Positions 1 through 6,679 of a stretch of 22,456 nt of DNA are shown here, piece by piece. Within the stretch, counting starts at the first letter, position 1. Each line of letters opens with the position of its first letter. The DNA lies in the NCBI GenBank assembly GCA_050331235.1, contig JBHJHA010000045.1:1-22456 (forward strand), written 5' to 3'. This stretch comes from Leptolyngbyaceae cyanobacterium (GTDB taxonomy: Bacteria; Cyanobacteriota; Cyanobacteriia; Phormidesmidales; Phormidesmidaceae). The notes beneath the pieces are model-generated. The model did no database searches and was not told the origin of the DNA. It saw only the letters and a program-made list of their open reading frames with translations. The position numbers and the translations under genes are program-made.

Positions 1-139
1 TGTCGTTCTCCAAGAAACTAGAGAATCATATGGGTGCGATTTGGATGTTCATTCACGAATACAATCGCTTGATCAGGGAGCGGCTCATTAAGTCTGCCCA
101 TCCTGCTATTTCCTCTGTCCTTTACTAAATATCACTACC
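1..139 (+). mobile_element. Right end of an IS1-family element
   Basis: The transposase stop is followed by ATATCACTACC (129-139). Its reverse complement starts GGTAGTG, matching the GGTA(A/G)TG terminus of IS1-family inverted repeats. Confidence 0.75.
3..128 (+). CDS. IS1-family transposase (InsB), C-terminal end; gene starts upstream of the window
   Basis: Frame from 3 reads SFSKKLENHMGAIWMFIHEYNRLIRERLIKSAHPAISSVLY* (TAA 126-128). SFSKKLENHxGAIWxFIHxYN is the characteristic C-terminus of cyanobacterial IS1 transposases. Confidence 0.85.
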   Translation, partial: SFSKKLENHMGAIWMFIHEYNRLIRERLIKSAHPAISSVLY

Positions 140-638
140 TATGGCGTTAGCATGATGCTGGCCGTGTAGGAGCGATCGCAGAAATTGAGGGCATCAAGCA
201 AGATTGCAATGCCTTAAGAATCACCCAACTTCCATCTAGGGTGGCTTACTGAGAGGCTGCGGCCTCTACGCCAGATATATCTACAGTCATTCGACATATG
301 TTGGAGTGCCCCGCTTCAATCACGGCGATCGCTTTTTAGCGTAGGTCAAGACGATAGGGAACAGGCATCAATATTTCTGCAAACTTTCATCCACTCTAAT
401 CGACCTGACCCTTCTACGGATTGCGATACCTACTCTCAGTAGCAGATGCTTCTTGTGGTATCAATTAATCGGGATGGGTACTCTATAGCTGCCCTCCCTA
501 GAAGCCCTCCATACAGCTTTATCACGCATTACTGTTATGACGCTCAAATCAGTCATGCGCAAAAAGAACTTGATTGTTCTCGTTGATTCAGCTTCAAAAA
601 AGTTGTTGTAAATGACAGCGCGCATAGTTGCATTTTTT

Positions 639-3272
639 ATGAGCATTTCAACCCCACCATCTCTGCTTTCTGGCGATCGCCACAGCTCTTATAAACCTCT
701 GTTTTCCTCTCTAACGCTTGCCTCGGGGCTGTTGCTTATCAGCTTGGTAGTTCTTGGCTGTATAGGGACATACTTCAACCTTGAAATGTTCTTGGGAGTC
801 AATTTCCTGTTTGGCAGCATCTTCAGCCTCGTGATTGTTTACTTTTATGGGCTGATCCCTGGTACCATCGCCGCGATTGTGATTAGCACCTACACCTATA
901 TGATGTGGGGGCACCCGTATGCAATCATCATTTTTGCTGCAGAGGCTGCCTTTGTTGGTGTGGCACGACGATTTCGACGGCTAAACCTCATTACCTTGGA
1001 TAGCGTTTATTGGATTGGGCTGGGAGCCCCCTTGGTGTGGCTGTTTTATGCTCAAGTGATGCAGATTCCCACCTCCACTACTCTGCTGATCACTGCCAAG
1101 CAAGTTTGCAATGGCTTATTCAACGCTTTGATTGCGGATTTGGTCGTTGCCCACATTCCGATTACCCAGCTCCTGGGTAAACAACAGGTGCGTCAGCCAC
1201 TGTCAATGCAGCAAACGCTGGCTTATATCTTTGTGGCATTTGTATTTGTGCCAGCGATGCTGCTGACGATTTTGAGTAGTCGCGAAGCCCTAAGTGAGAT
1301 TGAAGTCCAGATTCCAGCTAAGCTGCAAACTGATGCGGCACTGATTATGGCCGAATTAGAGTCTTGGCAACAGCAACAGCAAACAACCTTGGCAGAGGTT
1401 GCTCAAGTTGCTCGTCAAGTTGAAGATTCTTCTTTGGGAACGCTACAGCAGAGCGTAAATTTGCTACAGAGAACGGTTGATGGTAGCGATCGCATCTATG
1501 TAACCAATGGCCAAAATGTTGTTATTGCGAGTGCACCCAATCCCCCTAGCACGACATTACCAGTGCTTGAGAAGGCGGTATTGCTAGACGGTCCCCAAGG
1601 AGACCGGTTTGTCCAGAGTATGCCCCTTGATCCGGCTAATCCTTCTTCAGGGAAAGCCGTTATTGAAACGAGCCTCAATTATTTCTCTACTCTGCTGAAG
1701 ATAAATCACGGCAATCCTGAATATTTAGTACACGCCACGTTGCTAAACGACACACAGGTTATACAAACGACCCGGCCCGAATTAACTGAAACCGAGGCAT
1801 TTGACCATTTGCCGGCAGCGGAAAGCCGTTTCTTAGCTCCCAATACATATCATTGGCTCCCTGCGGGTGATATGCCTACCTTTGCCCGCTGGAAACAATC
1901 TGCTTACGTGTACTCCACTCCTCTTAGTAATGAGGAAACCGGCTGGACACTGATGGTAGAGTCACCCGCTGCCCCTTACTTTGATGAGCTGCAGATTTTC
2001 TATATTCAGAGAATCTCTTTAACTTTAGCGATTGTGTTTGCGTCAATCCTCGTCTCTTATTTGATCAGTCGCCAGTTGGCACAGCCCATTTACCAGTTGG
2101 CTCATGTCACAACTGACTTACCGAACAGACTTTCAGAGCAAGAGAAATTTACGTGGCCAGAGAGCAATGTTTTGGAGATTAATGCCTTAATTGCCAACTT
2201 TATCGGCATGGCTAAGTCACTAGAACAGCAGTTCCAAACAATCCAGCAAACTAACGCCACCTTAGAAGAGCGAATTGCTGAACGAACTCAAGCGTTATCG
2301 GCGACCAACCAAAGTTTACAGGCCGAAGTCGAAGAACGGCAGCGCATGGCTGAAGCTCTTGAGCAGTCAGAAGCAGATTTACGTCAGAAAGCTAGCGCCC
2401 TAAAAACGAGTATGACAGAGCTGCAGCAGACGCAAACTAGGTTAGTGCAGGCCGAAAAGATGTCGAGCCTAGGCCAGCTAGTTGCAGGTATTGCCCACGA
2501 AATTAACAATCCTGTCAATTTTATTCATGGCAATCTATCCCATGTACGGAATTACACCAACGATTTGCTAGAGCTGATCGCCTTATATGAGCATAATCTA
2601 CCTGACCCTTCTGACGAACTGATTGAAGTCATAGAAGACTTAGATCTGGATTTTCTGAAGGAGGATTTACCAAAGATTGTGGCCTCAATGCAATTAGGAA
2701 CTAATCGCATTCGGCAAATCGTGCTGTCTCTCCGAAACTTCTCACGCACAGACGAAGGCTCTTGCAAGGCTGTTGACCTACATGAAGGCATTGAAAGCAC
2801 TTTACTCATTTTGCAATACCGCCTCAAAACAAAGTCTGAGCATCCTGCTATTCAAATCATTAAAAACTATGGCGACTTATCCCCTGTGGAGTGCTATCCA
2901 GGGCAAATCAACCAGGTGTTTATGAATATCTTGTCTAATGCGATCGATGCGATCGAGGAATTTCGCAGTGGCAGCACCTATCAACGTTCTGAGCAAGCAT
3001 TGGGAATAATCACCATCACAACCTTTATGGAAGGCGATGACTGGGCTGTTTTAACGATTGAAGATGATGGTCCTGGCATTCCCAAAGAGATTCAGAACCG
3101 AATTTTTGAGCCTTTCTTCACCACTAAGGAAATTGGGAAAGGAACGGGTATGGGCATGTCAATCAGCTATCAGATTATCGTTGAGCAGCATCGCGGCCTC
3201 ATCTACTGCCAATCCCTTCCAGATCGTGGTACCAAGTTCGTTATCCGCTTACCCGTTCGACCACCTTCATGA
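639..3272 (+). CDS. Membrane-bound sensor histidine kinase (multi-TM N-terminus, Cache-like periplasmic region, HAMP, coiled coil, HisKA, HATPase)
   Basis: ORF 612..3272; ATG at 612 or 639. H-box LGQLVAGIAHEINNPVNFI, N-box QVFMNILSNAIDA, G1 DDGPGI, F-box FEPFFTTK, G2 GKGTGMGMSIS. About 6 hydrophobic N-terminal helices and one more TM before the HAMP. Confidence 0.93.
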   Translation: MSISTPPSLLSGDRHSSYKPLFSSLTLASGLLLISLVVLGCIGTYFNLEMFLGVNFLFGSIFSLVIVYFYGLIPGTIAAIVISTYTYMMWGHPYAIIIFAAEAAFVGVARRFRRLNLITLDSVYWIGLGAPLVWLFYAQVMQIPTSTTLLITAKQVCNGLFNALIADLVVAHIPITQLLGKQQVRQPLSMQQTLAYIFVAFVFVPAMLLTILSSREALSEIEVQIPAKLQTDAALIMAELESWQQQQQTTLAEVAQVARQVEDSSLGTLQQSVNLLQRTVDGSDRIYVTNGQNVVIASAPNPPSTTLPVLEKAVLLDGPQGDRFVQSMPLDPANPSSGKAVIETSLNYFSTLLKINHGNPEYLVHATLLNDTQVIQTTRPELTETEAFDHLPAAESRFLAPNTYHWLPAGDMPTFARWKQSAYVYSTPLSNEETGWTLMVESPAAPYFDELQIFYIQRISLTLAIVFASILVSYLISRQLAQPIYQLAHVTTDLPNRLSEQEKFTWPESNVLEINALIANFIGMAKSLEQQFQTIQQTNATLEERIAERTQALSATNQSLQAEVEERQRMAEALEQSEADLRQKASALKTSMTELQQTQTRLVQAEKMSSLGQLVAGIAHEINNPVNFIHGNLSHVRNYTNDLLELIALYEHNLPDPSDELIEVIEDLDLDFLKEDLPKIVASMQLGTNRIRQIVLSLRNFSRTDEGSCKAVDLHEGIESTLLILQYRLKTKSEHPAIQIIKNYGDLSPVECYPGQINQVFMNILSNAIDAIEEFRSGSTYQRSEQALGIITITTFMEGDDWAVLTIEDDGPGIPKEIQNRIFEPFFTTKEIGKGTGMGMSISYQIIVEQHRGLIYCQSLPDRGTKFVIRLPVRPPS

Positions 3273-3308
3273 TTTAGGTTTTGGGACAGACAAATAGACC
3301 TTGTTGAT

Positions 3309-3377
3309 CATCGCACCGCTAAGAACGGGCGCAGTCTCGCGCACAAACAACGCTGTCTCTGCAAACAGTGCGATTGA
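3309..3377 (+). pseudogene. Degenerate IS1 InsA zinc-finger remnant
   Basis: Reads HRTAKNGRSLAHKQRCLCKQCD*, resembling the InsA motif KNG....KQRYxCKxC. There is no start, it stops in frame, and nothing follows it. Confidence 0.55.
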
Positions 3378-3493
3378 TTGTCGGCGGTGACATCGCCATA
3401 GACTGTACCATTACGCGGGTCGGCGCGGGTCGTGATCAGCCCCCGATTGTCTAGAACACCGCCGCCTATACCGCCAATATTGAGGATAGACAC
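3378..3493 (-). pseudogene. Fragment of a Gly/Asn-rich, probably secreted beta-repeat protein gene
   Basis: Reads SILNIGGIGGGVLDNRGLITTRADPRNGTVYGDVTADNQ. The composition is typical of extracellular beta-helix repeats. There is a stop just upstream and the reading runs into the IS1 remnant. Confidence 0.35.
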
Positions 3494-3881
3494 GGTTCAA
3501 TCCATTCAGCTTGAAGATTGGGCACACCAAACTGAGGGCATACTTAGCGGCCCAGCCCTATTTCACTGTTTGACTGAATCGTGATGTCCCGAAGGGAAGG
3601 AAGAACACCAGGCAGAAACGGGAGGCAAAAGCCCTGTATATCTGGGACTAAAGCCCGTTATTTTGTATAGGACTATGGTCCTATGAGTTTTAGGTCCAAA
3701 GCGATAAGTACCTGCTGGAGACTTGCGATCGCAAACTTACCAGCCCTTTGGAGCCGATAGCTTTCAGTTAATTGATCAATGAGTGAGATAGTCAGCGACG
3801 GGCGAATTCAGGGCGTTGCCATTGTCAAAATCCTGAACTTAGGCTGATGGCTGTGTCTAGTGCGTGCCTTGCCCATACCCG

Positions 3882-5111
3882 CTAGTGGCAATCCACTTTC
3901 GGTAACATCGTCATCCCTAAAACCCCGGCATCACACATACGACACTGCCGACGCCCGTAGTCGCCAGCCGTATGTACTCCCATTACTGCTAGCATCAGCG
4001 CCGACGGCAACTCATAGGGATCCGCTGCCGTGTAGTTGACTGCATAGCCCAAATCTTCCAGCGATCCCACCGTCAACCGACTCAACGGATTGAGGCCCAA
4101 GTTTAAAAAACCCGTCATCAGTTCATTGCCAAAGACTGTCTCCCGCCAATGGCCATCTCGGGTGCCCTGGCCCCCTGTATTTTCCACCGGCACTGGTGTC
4201 ATCCCTGATTCCCCCATCAGCGCAGCAAACTCCCGCATACCGTTGTTTCCCACATAGAGAGGATTGGCCGACCCCGCACCCACCAAGAGATTCTGCGACT
4301 GCCAGATAGTGCCAATTCCGAGCACATGCCCCATCTCAAGAATAATCACGTTGAGCAATCCTCCCTCAGCCTCTAACCGGGACAAGTCGCCGATATCAAA
4401 TTCCATCACCCCGGTAATAGGCAACAGCGAACCGCTACGCAGGCGCGTGGGACCAGCTCGACCTAGCACCCCACTTGACCCATCAATGGAAAGACCTCGA
4501 GCTTCAATCAGCACGTCATCAATGGTTTCTCCATTGACAACCCCCGAGGGCAAATCCCCAATGATAATCTCAGACCAGCGGGCGGCCGCCACCTCAAACA
4601 AGGCGCGTTGGCTCGCCGTCAGCCCACCCAAAAACCGAATCTCAATGGCAAACTGAGTCGGTGGCGGCGGCGCTACCACTTCGTTGAAGACCAATTCTAG
4701 CGACCACCGGTTCAACATGCCCCCATCAAAAAAGGCCTGATCTTGAATCTGGAGCGTCCAGGTCCCGTTGGGGTCCCCAATGAGCAATGGGGTCAGCGGT
4801 TGTTCTGGTCGAAAGGTGCCTTGAAAGGGGGCGGTGCCCTGAACGATCGCCACCCCAGCCGCATCATCAAACGTAGTCTCAAAGAAATTGTCGCCGCTGC
4901 CGCCTTCATTACCCACCAAGAGAACGGTTTCGCCGCTCGGCGCTACGAGGGAGATTCTCAGGTCGCTAGTGAAGGTGTGGACGACATTGATCGTTACTGC
5001 AATGCGTTGAAGGGGGGCCGTGACGTTGGAAACAGCGATCGCAGAGCTAACATCAGTCGGCGCAAATCGGGAAATTGGCACCGCAGTTGAATTTGTAAAA
5101 ACCTGTTTCAT
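3882..5111 (-). CDS. Proprotein-convertase P-domain + leishmanolysin-like (M8) zinc metallopeptidase, with altered HEXXH
   Basis: ORF 3882..5219; likely start ATG 5111 (MKQVFTN). P-domain motifs HTFTSDLRISLVAPSG and NGTWTLQIQD..DGGMLNRWSL. Peptidase motifs LGRAGP, LEMGHVLGIG, GHWRE and Met-turn ELMTG. Confidence 0.85.
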   Translation of the reverse strand: MKQVFTNSTAVPISRFAPTDVSSAIAVSNVTAPLQRIAVTINVVHTFTSDLRISLVAPSGETVLLVGNEGGSGDNFFETTFDDAAGVAIVQGTAPFQGTFRPEQPLTPLLIGDPNGTWTLQIQDQAFFDGGMLNRWSLELVFNEVVAPPPPTQFAIEIRFLGGLTASQRALFEVAAARWSEIIIGDLPSGVVNGETIDDVLIEARGLSIDGSSGVLGRAGPTRLRSGSLLPITGVMEFDIGDLSRLEAEGGLLNVIILEMGHVLGIGTIWQSQNLLVGAGSANPLYVGNNGMREFAALMGESGMTPVPVENTGGQGTRDGHWRETVFGNELMTGFLNLGLNPLSRLTVGSLEDLGYAVNYTAADPYELPSALMLAVMGVHTAGDYGRRQCRMCDAGVLGMTMLPKVDCH

Positions 5112-5346
5112 GGCGGCTAGATGCACTGAAAAAACAATATCTCGGGCTAAAGCAGAAAAATTATCCGATACAAGGCAAGGGAGTAATTGAAATCGAGCAA
5201 GCTGTCGCAGTCGATACATCCACGCTCTGCGCCCATTTAAGCCTTGAACCTAGAGACGGGTCCACAGGACTTTATGAAAACGTAACTTTAGGTGGATTAG
5301 GGCCATGCGCCCTACGCCCCTTACAGCTACCTCAGACAGACAGGAC

Positions 5347-6016
5347 TTATGCAAGAACCATAGTGATCGCGGGTCGCTTCAGCTGTTGCATCAGATAGTT
5401 GGCTAGCAAGCCATGCTTGATTTGATCAATCGTTTGACCTCTCTGGTAAGCGATGGCCTTCAACCGGGTCCACACGAGCAACGCACAAGCAATGTGATTG
5501 CGCTGAATCCTGGCTTTGCGGCACTGACAAGCCTCCACCCCAGTCAACTGCTTGAGTTCACGGTGTAACGCCTCAATCTTCCAACGGACGCCAGACTCCT
5601 CTTGTGCAGCCTCTGTGGCGTTTTGAGTTAAGTCGTTGGTAGCGACAAATTCCGTCCGGCAGGAAGACACCGTGACCCGGAACAGTTTCACCTTCTTGTC
5701 TTTCGGAAAACCCCGAATTTTAATGCGTTTGCCCGGGGCGAGCGCCTCACTATCCCACCTCAGTTCATCGATTCGCTGGTAAGGCTGGGTGCCGCCACTG
5801 TCGTCAACCCGGCGGTTGCGCTTCAGCGGACAGTAGTAGAGTTTGCCCAACTGGTCAATCTGTGCCATCAGCTTTTGACTGGCAGACCAACTGTCCATCA
5901 GCACAGTGCGAGAGGGCAGCCCCTTGACATGCACGACGGCCTCTAGCATCGCCGCCATATGGTCGAGTTTGCTCTGACCATCCCCATCTGGGTCATAGAG
6001 ACGATAGTCAATCACC
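5347..6016 (-). pseudogene. IS701-family DDE transposase, N-terminally truncated
   Basis: Motifs VIDYRLYDPDGDG, VLMDSW and RWKIEALHRELKQLTGVEACQCRKARIQRNHI. The predicted TTG start (MRKS) is just the neighbouring IR at 6017-6030, and the N-terminal region with the first catalytic Asp is missing. Confidence 0.85.
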
Positions 6017-6073
6017 CAGGACTTACGCAAGAACCATAGTGACCGCGGGTCACTTCAGTTGTGCCATCAAGTA

Positions 6074-6133
6074 CAGGACTTACGCAAGGCAAACTCATGC
6101 CAGAAGGATCAAGCTTGCCTTGCGTAAGTCCTG
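6074..6133. repeat. 60-bp miniature inverted-repeat element (MITE-like)
   Basis: Perfect 19-bp IR CAGGACTTACGCAAGGCAA (6074-6092) / TTGCCTTGCGTAAGTCCTG (6115-6133) around a 22-bp spacer. Confidence 0.8.
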
Positions 6134-6157
6134 TCAGCTTTAGATCAAAATAGTCCG

Positions 6158-6679
6158 TCAAATTTGCTGGCAGCGCTCTAGGCGCAGCATCATCGCATCA
6201 AACATGCCCGGGTCGCCAAAGCCGGCCCCTCGTCCTTTGCCAAATCCGCCCACTAACCAAGATCGATGCCACGACATCTCCCAAAACCATAGCGCTGGTA
6301 AATGTCCAGGCGGAGCCTCAAGGGAGAAGGTTAGCCAGCCGTAAAAGTTGAAAAAGCTCGCCAAGGGCCATGTGGTCATGGTCCAGCCCGTTTGCCGGCC
6401 AAATTCGTAGGTTGAGCGGCGAGCGATCTCTCGATAGATTTGTAGTTGGGTACTAAACCCAAACCGGCCACTGCTGTAAAGTAGCCAGCGCTGATCGATC
6501 TGGTGCAGTATCTCGCAGGGCAGTTGCGCGATCGCCTCTTGATTGAGCCAACCTTCATTGGTGCGGTTACAAGCTGCCAGCAATATTTCCAAAGTGACAG
6601 CATCAGCCTCTTGCCATTCATCCTGACACAGTAGGTCTTCTAGCTCTTGCAGCCCCGTGGTGATCTCGGCTTCTATCAT
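6158..6679 (-). CDS. Stand-alone GUN4-domain protein
   Basis: Motifs LEDLLCQDEWQEADAVT, LPCEILHQIDQRWLLYSSGRFGFSTQLQIY and FSLEAPPGHLP. ATG 6679 overlaps the upstream TGA (ATGA), so the longer 6760 start is unlikely. Confidence 0.88.
   Translation of the reverse strand: MIEAEITTGLQELEDLLCQDEWQEADAVTLEILLAACNRTNEGWLNQEAIAQLPCEILHQIDQRWLLYSSGRFGFSTQLQIYREIARRSTYEFGRQTGWTMTTWPLASFFNFYGWLTFSLEAPPGHLPALWFWEMSWHRSWLVGGFGKGRGAGFGDPGMFDAMMLRLERCQQI

Larger units (their letters stand above)
5341..6133 (-). mobile_element. Cluster of nested IS701-family ends
   Basis: The IR CAGGACTTA(T/C)GCAAG starts at 5341, 6017 and 6074 in one orientation, and one inverted copy ends at 6133. Confidence 0.85.

Noticed and set aside
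298..390. Possible second InsA-like remnant (MLECP... and GNRHQYFCK in different frames) or IS605-like end hairpins
   Set aside because: The matches are too short, split across frames and interrupted by stops; indistinguishable from chance without a search.
461..646. 61-aa minus-strand ORF
   Set aside because: It overlaps the kinase start and promoter and has no recognisable motif.
5265..5325. CAGGACTTTATG as a fourth IS701 end, and a REP-like GCGCCCTACG
   Set aside because: Only about 8 nt match the IR, and the REP-like word lacks its partner arm.
6017..6030. TTG start for a 227-aa intact transposase
   Set aside because: These codons come from an abutting inverted repeat; the gene is a fragment.
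6017..6133. CRISPR-like repeat-spacer pattern
   Set aside because: The repeats are IS terminal IRs, the spacer is transposase sequence, one copy is inverted, and no cas genes are present.
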